Below are positions 17,299 through 26,071 of a DNA stretch of 64,000 nucleotides, one piece after another. Source of the stretch: a virus. The DNA lies in the IMG/VR virus record IMGVR_UViG_3300042197_001007; one strand, 5' to 3'. The notes below the pieces were generated by a model. It saw nothing but the letters and a program-made list of their open reading frames with translations, had not been told where the DNA came from and did no database searches. Each line of letters opens with the position of its first letter. The first letter of the stretch is position 1. The position numbers were made by a program, and so were the translations under genes.

Positions 17299-18768
17299 TT
17301 AATTTGCGCGTAGATTTACTTTGATTACCTCATACTTAAAGTTTTCTTCATTGTAAATATTAACTCGTTCGTTGAGGTGTTTAAGAGTATAATTTTGTCC
17401 ACCAATATCATCAGCAATATCATATAATGTTGCCATGTCTTTTCCTTCTCCCTTTCGTAAAACCCTACCAATTGATTGAAGGTTTCTAATTCTTGATTTG
17501 CTTGGAGAAGCAAAAATAATATTGTGTAATCTTTTGATGTTAATACCAGTAGAGAAAGTTCCGTATGAAGCAATAATTACAGCATTATTTTCATTCTCGG
17601 TAATTTGTCTGACTTGCTCTCTATCCTCTACATCTGTTCCGCCGTGGACAAAAAATATTTTTCGTGACGGATCAACTGTCTTATTTATTAAATCAAAAAG
17701 TGGTTCACCGTGTTTCTCAATATAGTTGAATAGCACAAGTGTATTACCTTCAATATCTTTTACAAGATTTTTAATCAGATTATTTCTTCCCTTGTGCGAT
17801 ACAAGATAATCAATTTCATCATGATAGCTTTCAAAGTATTGCGGAGCATGTTTACAAAGCAACACTTTAATCCTAAATTTAGATAGATAACCTGACTTGA
17901 TCAGATCATCAGTCTTTGTCACACGCTCACAATCACCAAACAAACCTTCCAAAACCCACTTGTGTGTTTTACTGCCATCAAGGGTTCCAGTAAAACCAAA
18001 TCTATATTTCGCATTATGAAGTTTTGTCATAATACCAGTGAGTGATTTAGATTTGAATAGATGAGCTTCATCCCCAATCACACAATCAAAATCATCAAAG
18101 TATCTTTTAGGAAACTTATAGATTGATTGCCAAGTTGAAATGATAATGGGTTTATCAGTATTCTTATCTTTACCAGAGTAAATCTTATGAACATAATCAT
18201 CCGCATTCCAACCGTAATCCTTAAAGTCATTGACCATCTGTTCTACGAGGGACGTAGTAGGGACGATGATCAACGTTTGCTTGTCGGTAGCAGTATAGTA
18301 TCTGACGAGGGCATAGATCATCAAAGACTTCCCAGATCCAGTAGGAGAAAGAAGTAATTTACGATTATTCTTAATCGCTTCATAAACAGCAGTGTATTGA
18401 TACTCCCTTGGTTTAATTCCATCTCTGGTAATTTTGTCCATGAAAGTTTTGATGCCAGCAATAGAAACAAAGTCGTTTGTTTCAGTAACATCTCCATACC
18501 AATCATTCTTTTCATACTGTATTGTGTACTGACGTTCTTCTGCCCACACCTGAAGGTGCTTCATCAGTCCACCATACAGTTCACCAGTTCCTGGAGAATA
18601 AAGACGAATAGTTCCATCCCAGTATTTGTAACGTGGATTTTTCTTCAGAAACTTTGCTTCGGGAACTTCAAATGTAAAATAATCCGAGAGCTCCATGTGA
18701 ACATGAGGCTCTGCGGACTGGATAGTAACGTATACTTCGTTCTTCTTCTTTACAGATAGGAGGGTCAT
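17299..18768 (-). CDS. uvsW: SF2 DNA/RNA helicase UvsW
   Basis: SPTGSGKS, DEAH, TGT, QSIGRVLR. Start at MTLLSV by TAATG overlap with uvsY. Confidence 0.97.
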   Translation of the reverse strand: MTLLSVKKKNEVYVTIQSAEPHVHMELSDYFTFEVPEAKFLKKNPRYKYWDGTIRLYSPGTGELYGGLMKHLQVWAEERQYTIQYEKNDWYGDVTETNDFVSIAGIKTFMDKITRDGIKPREYQYTAVYEAIKNNRKLLLSPTGSGKSLMIYALVRYYTATDKQTLIIVPTTSLVEQMVNDFKDYGWNADDYVHKIYSGKDKNTDKPIIISTWQSIYKFPKRYFDDFDCVIGDEAHLFKSKSLTGIMTKLHNAKYRFGFTGTLDGSKTHKWVLEGLFGDCERVTKTDDLIKSGYLSKFRIKVLLCKHAPQYFESYHDEIDYLVSHKGRNNLIKNLVKDIEGNTLVLFNYIEKHGEPLFDLINKTVDPSRKIFFVHGGTDVEDREQVRQITENENNAVIIASYGTFSTGINIKRLHNIIFASPSKSRIRNLQSIGRVLRKGEGKDMATLYDIADDIGGQNYTLKHLNERVNIYNEENFKYEVIKVNLRAN

Positions 18769-19241
18769 TATTGTCCATTGATAAACTTTTCCCACTCAAT
18801 GGCACTCTTGATCTGAAAACCTCTATTGGAAATTTGACGCATGACTTGATCTAACCAGTAAAGCATCTGGTCTAAGTATTTGATCTTTGCCTCAAGGTTA
18901 ACAATATCATCGTCTGCCTCAAGATAAGTTTTCATTTTTTCTGAAGTCTTTATGCTTGACCCGAATGGTTTAGAGGCGTAAGTCTTTGCGTCTGCCTCAC
19001 CAGAATAATACTCACGTTTCTCTTTAACCAACTTTCGGATCTCAAACTCTAACGAAGTTTTGATCTGAGAAATGTCAGTGTAATGGTTTAAGTATTTATT
19101 ATGTTGAAAAGGGATGTCTAACGCAAGTTGCCCCAGATCTGTGGTATACTGTTTGTTCTTGAACTGGAAATCTACTGCGCTATCTTCTGCCCATTCTTCT
19201 CTTAATTTTTCAAATTTATTACGAAGATTTTCAAAATTCAT
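18768..19241 (-). CDS. uvsY: Recombination mediator UvsY
   Basis: Helical protein ending RGFQIKSAIEWEKF; position between gp3 and uvsW. Confidence 0.88.
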   Translation of the reverse strand: MNFENLRNKFEKLREEWAEDSAVDFQFKNKQYTTDLGQLALDIPFQHNKYLNHYTDISQIKTSLEFEIRKLVKEKREYYSGEADAKTYASKPFGSSIKTSEKMKTYLEADDDIVNLEAKIKYLDQMLYWLDQVMRQISNRGFQIKSAIEWEKFINGQ

Positions 19242-19756
19242 AAGGGTTTCATATTTTTGTTCAAGATGAAAAATCGCTGATGCTTGAATGTAACTTCAGC
19301 TGTGATATAATCCACATCTGTCATTGTAGCATTGAATTCAAGACCAGACAATGACACAGGAAAAATATTTTCAAACGATACAATAAATGCTGGATTGTAG
19401 GCAGAAGTTACAATGTGTAATTGAGCATTGCTGTATTCTTCTTCTGGTGGAGTGTCGGCATCATCATCTGCTCTACCGTTCTGACGCATCCACTTGTGAA
19501 TTGAATAGTAATTCTTCAGATCTTCATCAACAATAAATTGTACAGTAAAATCTCCAAAGTTTACACCACCACCAGGAATAATTGGTAGATTGCGAAAGCG
19601 TGTTGAATATTCAATCGTTGGCATATTAATGTCGGGAACGTTTGCTCTTTGACAAAAGAAATCAGTTCCTTCAAATTTTTCCAACTTTAGGAGATAACCA
19701 ATAGGATTTAAAAAATTCCTGTTCGTAGGTTGCTCCTTATACCATTTAGCAGACAT
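19238..19756 (-). CDS. gp3: Tail tube terminator/completion protein
   Basis: NFLNPIGY...FFCQRANVPDI...IVDEDLKNY..IHKW...FPVSLSGLEF. Confidence 0.92.
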   Translation of the reverse strand: MSAKWYKEQPTNRNFLNPIGYLLKLEKFEGTDFFCQRANVPDINMPTIEYSTRFRNLPIIPGGGVNFGDFTVQFIVDEDLKNYYSIHKWMRQNGRADDDADTPPEEEYSNAQLHIVTSAYNPAFIVSFENIFPVSLSGLEFNATMTDVDYITAEVTFKHQRFFILNKNMKPL

Positions 19757-19770
19757 GTCAACTTCCCAAG

Positions 19771-19908
19771 CTATACCATATTTATTCTTTGAAATAAAGG
19801 CATCTCACAAGCATCTTCCCATTCTGGTTCATACAATGGACAAGGTTCTTCCATTAGTACATCGTTTTTGATTTTTATGATTTGTTCGTATAGTTGATCA
19901 AATTCCAT
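19771..19908 (-). CDS. Hypothetical protein, 45 aa
   Basis: Manual translation MEFDQLYEQIIKIKNDVLMEEPCPLYEPEWEDACEMPLFQRINMV. Confidence 0.6.
   Translation of the reverse strand: MEFDQLYEQIIKIKNDVLMEEPCPLYEPEWEDACEMPLFQRINMV
19779..19785 (-). promoter_or_regulatory. Late promoter for gp3
   Basis: ATAAATA about 25 nt above the start codon. Confidence 0.7.
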
Positions 19909-19909
19909 T

Positions 19910-20077
19910 TTAAGAGTGATATTCGTTTATAAAATCTAAGAGTTCATTTAGAACCCATTGTGCTCCTGCTTTTTTATCTTCTGAGCAATTGAAGCATATT
20001 TCATTGTTATGTAGAGATGTTTTTAACTTATAAATTTTGCTTTGAATATCAACCTTAGACAGGCGACCTCTTGACAT
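19910..20077 (-). CDS. Hypothetical protein, 55 aa
   Basis: Manual translation MSRGRLSKVDIQSKIYKLKTSLHNNEICFNCSEDKKAGAQWVLNELLDFINEYHS. Confidence 0.65.
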   Translation of the reverse strand: MSRGRLSKVDIQSKIYKLKTSLHNNEICFNCSEDKKAGAQWVLNELLDFINEYHS

Positions 20078-20108
20078 TGGAGATTATTGAATGCTAAATC
20101 TATTTAAT

Positions 20109-20134
20109 AAAAAAGGGACCCCTCTCGGGGTCCC
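20109..20134 (-). terminator. Intrinsic terminator after gp23
   Basis: GGGACCCC-GAGA-GGGGTCCC followed by TTTTTT. Confidence 0.92.
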
Positions 20135-20156
20135 CAGTATTAATGTGTGAATTAAC

Positions 20157-21602
20157 TCACATTAGGTTAGCAACACGTACTCTTCTGTAGTACTGGTTGC
20201 GGTTTGCGGTTAGAGCTTCAGCATCTGGAGTGCCATTCGACTGAACGACGAATGGGTTAGCAACCATACCGTAACGGGTCTTGAAGCCAATCTTTGGCTG
20301 GAAGGTGTCAGGGTCAATGCTGCGTAGCATCTGGAGGGGAACATATGGGCAGTAGAATAGTCCTGCGTCATATGGAGAAGAACCCTTGTAACCAACAACA
20401 TAGTAGTGAGTGTTGGAAACGTTTGCCGAATAAGGATCAACGTAGACCTTAATTCTGCCGTTCATGGTTCCGACAAGGAGGTTACCGGTGTCATCTACTT
20501 CACCGATCTGAGGACCACCAGCTCCGGATAGACCAGAGGTATAGTCAAGAGTTCCGCTCATTGCGAGAGCAGAAGCAACGTCAGCAGAAGTGATGATGAA
20601 GTTGCCCTTTCCTCTACGAGTTTGCTGAGCAATAGCGTTAGCATCGCGCTCAACTTGGAACATAAGACCCTTGAACTTCTCAACTGACCAACGACCATTG
20701 CTGTCAACGTCAAGGTCAAATACGCCTGCGTTAGCAACATTGTTCTGAGCACCGCTCTTAGCAATGGTGTATACAGTACGTACAACCTCACGGTTGATTT
20801 CAGCAAGGATCTCGCTGGAGAGAAGGTTAGCAAGCTCTTGCTCAGCGTCAAGACCATGGATTGCCTTAAGGTCTTGTGCTAGCTCAAGAGTGTACTCTGC
20901 CTTGAGTGCTCTGGTCTTAGCAGTAACGGCAGTCTTCTCGATGCTGAAGGTCATCTCGTTGAAGAGAGTTGCTCCAGAACCAAGAGTTTCAGCAACGTTA
21001 CGAGCCATAGCAGTTGTGCCACGCTCATAGTTACCAGCAGTTGTACCACCACCAGTTGTATCGTTTAGAAGACCTGGGTTAGCATCGGTAGTACCACCGT
21101 CGCCAAGAGGATATACGTCATCGGTTCCGAGTGGATCGTTGTCGTAATCAGCAGGACCTCTTGAAGAAGCAGAGAAGTTGCTATCTGGCTCGTTGTAGAG
21201 AGCTTCACGACCAGCACGGAGGCTAGCGTCGTTCTCAGCCTGATAGTGTGACTTCATTGCGAAGATTAGTCCAGTAGGACCGGTCATTGGTTGAACACCG
21301 CAGATGTCATAAGCAACGAGGTTAGGCATTGCTCTGCGGATTAGGGAGATCATGACAGGATCGAAACCTGCGAGACCACCAGTTTTGGTGTCGAGACCTG
21401 AACCTGAAAGTGCGTTGGTTCCAATGGCACCAGCACTGTTGATGGTTTCAGTCATCATACCACGCTCTTCGCGTAGTGACTTTTCTGTGTTTTCTAAGAG
21501 AACAGCGGTAACAGCCTTTCTATAGTTGTCTTTGATGGCACCAGCGCCTTCGTGACCTAGAACAGGTGACCACTTTTCTGTTAGAGCTTTAGCGTTAAAC
21601 AT
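20157..21602 (-). CDS. gp23: Major capsid protein
   Basis: LIRRAMPNLVAYDICGVQPMTGPTGLIFAM, KAEYTLELAQDLKAIHG, FQPKIGFKTRYG. Confidence 0.99.
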   Translation of the reverse strand: MFNAKALTEKWSPVLGHEGAGAIKDNYRKAVTAVLLENTEKSLREERGMMTETINSAGAIGTNALSGSGLDTKTGGLAGFDPVMISLIRRAMPNLVAYDICGVQPMTGPTGLIFAMKSHYQAENDASLRAGREALYNEPDSNFSASSRGPADYDNDPLGTDDVYPLGDGGTTDANPGLLNDTTGGGTTAGNYERGTTAMARNVAETLGSGATLFNEMTFSIEKTAVTAKTRALKAEYTLELAQDLKAIHGLDAEQELANLLSSEILAEINREVVRTVYTIAKSGAQNNVANAGVFDLDVDSNGRWSVEKFKGLMFQVERDANAIAQQTRRGKGNFIITSADVASALAMSGTLDYTSGLSGAGGPQIGEVDDTGNLLVGTMNGRIKVYVDPYSANVSNTHYYVVGYKGSSPYDAGLFYCPYVPLQMLRSIDPDTFQPKIGFKTRYGMVANPFVVQSNGTPDAEALTANRNQYYRRVRVANLM

Positions 21603-21635
21603 TTGTTTGCTCCGGAAAGAAATTTGGATTTATTA

Positions 21636-22793
21636 TTATGACCAGCGGTTAAGTGCTTGGAGATATGCTGCCATTACTGGAGTTACCTCTTGACCTTCTA
21701 CTGGGGTTTCGTCAGCAGCATCACTAGGAATTGTGATTGTTTCTTTGAAATATGACTCCTTGATAGTCTTCACTTTCTTGGAGAAATCTTCTTCTGAAAC
21801 AAATTCAATGCCCTCAGCAAGTGCGGCGAGTTTTTCCTTCTGAGTGTCTGCGAGACCTTCTGACACAACGGACAGAATATTGATTTTGGCAGCCTCATTC
21901 AGGCGGTTTTGTAATTTCACGTTCGCCTTAACCTGTTCGTCCAGGCGCTCTTCCATCTCACGAATCTGATCAACCATACCTTCTACTACTTCAACTTTTT
22001 CATCAGGAATAGAGATATAGTGCTCTTCAAAGAGATTCTTAAGACCTGCGATGAAGTCTTCAGTAATCTCATTTCTGATACCACGGTCAATGGCGACTTG
22101 GTTCTCTTCCATCCACTGACCAATGGCGTAGTTCACAGTGCCGTTAACTTCTTCAGATAGTTCTGCTTTGGCAGTCTCTACCTGCTTGTCAAGTTCGTTA
22201 GCAAAGTGCTCTACAAGTCTGTCGTACTCTTCAGAAATTTTTGCCTTTACAGCAGCTTCAAAGATTGTCTTTGCTTTATCGGCAAACTCTTCTGAGAGTT
22301 CTGTTCCCTCAAGGAGGGCATTGATATCATCGGAAACATCAAGATCTTCAAATGAAGGCTTGATTGGGTAAGTAACTGCTCCACCCATCTTAGTTCCATA
22401 GGCAACCTCAACACCAACGGTTGGTTGAGTTCCTTGATCACCAGCATCTTTCTTAGAAGAAAGTTGAGGATCACCTGAAATCTGAGAGATAGGCGCTGCT
22501 GCTTTTGCTCCAGGATTTTCTTCACCATCTTCATTATCGCTATGAAGTGGACCAGAAGAAGAACCGCCAAGATCAGTTGCTGCCTTTTGACCAGGAGCTA
22601 CTGATGGTTGAACGGTTGGCATAGGATCCTTTCCGCCAGCTTTAGCAGTCTGTGCGTCAGAAACCTGAGAAGGATCGCTGCCAGCACCAGGGATCACAGA
22701 CGCGGAAACTGTTGGCATTGGATCGCCAGCTTCCAAAATGATATCTTGCTTAGCAACAAACTCCTCAAACTTTTCGTTTAGCATATCTGACAT
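21636..22793 (-). CDS. gp22: Prohead core scaffold protein
   Basis: ELSEEFADKAKTIFEAAV...; acidic coiled coil upstream of gp23. Confidence 0.95.
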   Translation of the reverse strand: MSDMLNEKFEEFVAKQDIILEAGDPMPTVSASVIPGAGSDPSQVSDAQTAKAGGKDPMPTVQPSVAPGQKAATDLGGSSSGPLHSDNEDGEENPGAKAAAPISQISGDPQLSSKKDAGDQGTQPTVGVEVAYGTKMGGAVTYPIKPSFEDLDVSDDINALLEGTELSEEFADKAKTIFEAAVKAKISEEYDRLVEHFANELDKQVETAKAELSEEVNGTVNYAIGQWMEENQVAIDRGIRNEITEDFIAGLKNLFEEHYISIPDEKVEVVEGMVDQIREMEERLDEQVKANVKLQNRLNEAAKINILSVVSEGLADTQKEKLAALAEGIEFVSEEDFSKKVKTIKESYFKETITIPSDAADETPVEGQEVTPVMAAYLQALNRWS

Positions 22794-22834
22794 TTGAGTT
22801 TACCCCTTTAATTTCCTTATGATTAATCTAAAAT

Positions 22835-22841
22835 TATTTAT
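22835..22841 (-). promoter_or_regulatory. Late promoter for gp22/gp23
   Basis: ATAAATA upstream of gp22. Confidence 0.7.
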
Positions 22842-22845
22842 TAAT

Positions 22846-23490
22846 TCAAATATTTGAGAGAAAGTCTTCAAACACTTTGAGGACCTTCTCTTCTAATTTG
22901 CGGCTTGATGCCTCATCAATATATTTACGATATTTATCAAGTTTCGCTTCTTTTAAAATACCGTTTTCCCAAATCCATTCTTTTCCTTCCATGATGCCAT
23001 TGACAAAAGCATCTGGTGCTGAAGGATCTGCTACAATATCAGCAGCAGTAGTTAGCATGAAGTCGTCGCGGACAATCGCAATATCTTCTCTCTTATCAAT
23101 GCTTCCCATACCACGAGAAGAAACTCCAAGTTGAACTCCTTCTTCTAAGAGTGATCTTGCGATCCTTCCCATTGGAGTATCAAGAATTTGTGCCTTACCG
23201 TAGAAGTTGTGACCTTCTGCTCTCAATTCTGTAATTCTATGAGATACTCTATCTAAGTTTACAGTTGGTCCATCTGGGTGACCAAGTTCTCCAAGAGCTC
23301 TCTTAGTTTTTACATATTCTTCAGTATATCTTTCAACTTCTCTATTGAGAATGTCAAAAGGATACATACGACCATTACGGTTCTTTAGTTCAGATTGAAG
23401 AAAAACTCCCTCAATATACAGGAGTTTTTTTCCATCTTTCTCTTCTGTGAGAACTTTTACGTCCTCAATCTGTTCCGTTATCAGTTTCAT
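22846..23490 (-). CDS. gp21: Prohead protease
   Basis: MKLITEQ...NRNGRMYP...GELGHP...GVSSRGMGS...DPSAP. Confidence 0.97.
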   Translation of the reverse strand: MKLITEQIEDVKVLTEEKDGKKLLYIEGVFLQSELKNRNGRMYPFDILNREVERYTEEYVKTKRALGELGHPDGPTVNLDRVSHRITELRAEGHNFYGKAQILDTPMGRIARSLLEEGVQLGVSSRGMGSIDKREDIAIVRDDFMLTTAADIVADPSAPDAFVNGIMEGKEWIWENGILKEAKLDKYRKYIDEASSRKLEEKVLKVFEDFLSNI

Positions 23491-23686
23491 CTGTAGTTTC
23501 TTTGGTAGGTTCTTCGGTAGGTTCATCAAAAAATGTATCTGCTACAATCTGCTTATACTGTGCCATCGCATCAGATGCTCTGGCAAAAAGCAAATCGTGA
23601 ATAGCATCAATTGCTGATGCCCTATCACTGTCGTTGATTTTGTTTACAATATCAACCACACCAGTTTCTTGATTATTTTCAGACAT
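23465..23686 (-). CDS. Small acidic protein, probable prohead core component (gp67/68 position)
   Basis: Lies between gp20 and gp21 with its own ATAAATA upstream; function inferred from position only. Confidence 0.6.
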   Translation of the reverse strand: MSENNQETGVVDIVNKINDSDRASAIDAIHDLLFARASDAMAQYKQIVADTFFDEPTEEPTKETTDETDNGTD

Positions 23687-23706
23687 GATATTAAGACAAT
23701 ATATGT

Positions 23707-25410
23707 CTATTTATTGTTTTCTGATGTTTTCGGTTGTGCTTTCGCTCTTTCCATCTCTCTTTCCATATTGGCATCCGCAGCTTCTTGTTCTCTGGCAGCA
23801 CTATCATCTGCTTGAATACCTTGTAATTCTGGACCAAACGCAGTGTTTTGTTGCTGCATTGTATCCATCATATTTGTCTGGACTGGATCAACAGCAAGAC
23901 CAGATGCGATCTCTCCCTTTATCTGCTTATCAATTTCCTTGAATTCTTTTTCAGTTTGATTGAGAATATTCTTACGAATGTATTCAACAGAGAAATACTT
24001 ACCAGCAAAAGGATCCATCTGTGTAACAATAGCAACACGCTGGTTCATCATTTCAATTTGCTTTAGTTCATTGAAATGATTATCAAACAAGAAGTCATAT
24101 TGAATATGCTCCTTCATGTCATCCCAATCTTCTGGTGAGATTACACCTTTAAGAATTAATTGGGTCTTGAGAATATCTTGGAATAGTTCGCTGAAACGCT
24201 TGCGGAGACGACCGATAAACTTAGCAAACTTGAGTTCATCCCTGAGAACCTCTGTGGTCTTACCAAGATTAAACCCCTTGTTGTCATCCGTAAGGCGGGA
24301 AGGTGGTAGGTTGAGTGAGTTGTAAAGTTTCTTTTTGAAATACTCAACATCCTTGAGCTCACCAAGGTTTTGACCGCCAGGGAGTGTAGTGATCTCAGTT
24401 CCTCTGCCACCTTCACGACGAGGTAACCAGAAGTCCTCAAGCATTGACATATGCTTTTTATCATCGCGCATCTCTCCAGTGTTAGCATCATAAACAAGCT
24501 TATTTCTGTAACGAGACATTACATCACGAAGGTATTGCTCTGCTTTTACCTTTGGAAGATTGCCTACATCAATGTAAAAAATTCTACGTTCTGGTGCGCG
24601 TGACAATCTGTAGATTACCAAACTATCTTCAATCATTCTGAGTTGATTGAGAGATTTGATTGCTTTATGAAGGAAGCTCAACACCATTCTTTTGTTAAGA
24701 TCCTGAAGTCCAGATGTAACAAAAGTAATCGCATCAGTTGAGATCTTAACTCCTTGTGAAAGAGACATATCTCCAATTGGTCCAAGAACACCGCCTTGAT
24801 AAAAACCCTTTGGATTGAAGAGATAATAATCAACAAATGTGCCATACTCATATTCAAGTGCTGTTCCTTTTATCGCAGCACGAGTAAGACTATCTTTTGC
24901 TTTGTTGTCTAATTTTTGGCGAACTTTTTTGATCTTCAGTGGATCAATGTAGCGAAGTTCTAAAATTCCTTTTTTAGGATTGTCTAAATCTATAACTTTA
25001 TGATAAAATAAACGACCATCAATATACCAATTACGCACAATCTCATGTGCTCTATTGTCAAAATTTAGAAGTTTTTTGATGTGATCAAATTCATTTCTGA
25101 TCTTATTCTTTACACCAGAACCAACTTCTAAATTATCAAGATTGATTTCTACTGGACTGTCGTGAGCATCACTGACAACAAACTCATTCACAACTTCATC
25201 AACGGCACTATCAACTTCTGGATGAAGAGCCATATCACGATATCTATGAATGAGATCATACTCGTTACGAGCAGAATGATCTGTATCTACATATGTTCCG
25301 AAATAACCACCAGCAGCAACGGCGATGGGTTCGTCAGCAGAAGGAGGCACAGGGGACTGACCCTTCTGTGCCTCCTTGCGATTAATTTGGAAGCCAAATA
25401 GTTGACTCAT
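23707..25410 (-). CDS. gp20: Portal vertex protein
   Basis: HPEVDSAVDEVVNE, IYRLSRAPERRIFYIDVGNLPK, LEDFWLPRREGGRGTEI. Confidence 0.99.
   Translation of the reverse strand: MSQLFGFQINRKEAQKGQSPVPPSADEPIAVAAGGYFGTYVDTDHSARNEYDLIHRYRDMALHPEVDSAVDEVVNEFVVSDAHDSPVEINLDNLEVGSGVKNKIRNEFDHIKKLLNFDNRAHEIVRNWYIDGRLFYHKVIDLDNPKKGILELRYIDPLKIKKVRQKLDNKAKDSLTRAAIKGTALEYEYGTFVDYYLFNPKGFYQGGVLGPIGDMSLSQGVKISTDAITFVTSGLQDLNKRMVLSFLHKAIKSLNQLRMIEDSLVIYRLSRAPERRIFYIDVGNLPKVKAEQYLRDVMSRYRNKLVYDANTGEMRDDKKHMSMLEDFWLPRREGGRGTEITTLPGGQNLGELKDVEYFKKKLYNSLNLPPSRLTDDNKGFNLGKTTEVLRDELKFAKFIGRLRKRFSELFQDILKTQLILKGVISPEDWDDMKEHIQYDFLFDNHFNELKQIEMMNQRVAIVTQMDPFAGKYFSVEYIRKNILNQTEKEFKEIDKQIKGEIASGLAVDPVQTNMMDTMQQQNTAFGPELQGIQADDSAAREQEAADANMEREMERAKAQPKTSENNK
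23708..23714 (-). promoter_or_regulatory. Late promoter
   Basis: ATAAATA at the gp20 stop. Confidence 0.65.
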
Positions 25411-25439
25411 AATTACTTATTCAACTCTGTTAGTCAAAC

Positions 25440-25446
25440 TATTTAT
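25440..25446 (-). promoter_or_regulatory. Late promoter for gp20
   Basis: ATAAATA about 30 nt above the start codon. Confidence 0.7.
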
Positions 25447-26033
25447 CAGACTACTGGAAGCGCGGAAACTCCCTGTCTTGTTCCTGGTTGAGCAGTGAAG
25501 TACGAATACTGCCACTCAACGGTGAATTCTTCAATCTGATCATTGCTATCATAAGCAATGTCAATTTGAGAAACGTTGGTTGGGAAGCAATACTTGAGAG
25601 TATATGATCTGAGAATAGCTCCCTCTTCGCTGGCATCTTTTTCCAGTTGCTTGACAGAAAGATCTGCCATGTAACCAGTAGAGTTGTTAGGAACGAAAAG
25701 TGGTGCTGTGTTTGCTTCGTGTGTATTGATGCTGTTTGCCCACTGCTCAAAGAACGAACGGAGTTTGAAATCCTTATCGTTGAAGAATGTGGTAGTCCAA
25801 GTATCAAAGGTGCGATCACCTGCGATCTTAACTGTTCTTCCACGGAAAGGAACTTCGATAACACCCAAGTTTGAACCTGGGAGTGCCGCTGACTTACAAA
25901 GTAGATTTGTAAGATTTTGATCTTCGGTTTGCTTTGAAAGTGTAGCAGGGAACTGAACGTCGATCAGGAACATATTGGGCTTTACGCCCTGACCGATAGT
26001 TTGTAGAAACTGACTTACGTTTGATAATGCCAT
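25446..26033 (-). CDS. gp19: Tail tube protein
   Basis: CKSAALPGS...VPFRGRTVKIAGDRTFDTW...IEEFTVEWQY. Confidence 0.97.
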   Translation of the reverse strand: MALSNVSQFLQTIGQGVKPNMFLIDVQFPATLSKQTEDQNLTNLLCKSAALPGSNLGVIEVPFRGRTVKIAGDRTFDTWTTTFFNDKDFKLRSFFEQWANSINTHEANTAPLFVPNNSTGYMADLSVKQLEKDASEEGAILRSYTLKYCFPTNVSQIDIAYDSNDQIEEFTVEWQYSYFTAQPGTRQGVSALPVV

Positions 26034-26071
26034 TAGTGGTTACCTCTGTGATGTTTATGTTCTATTACTAA

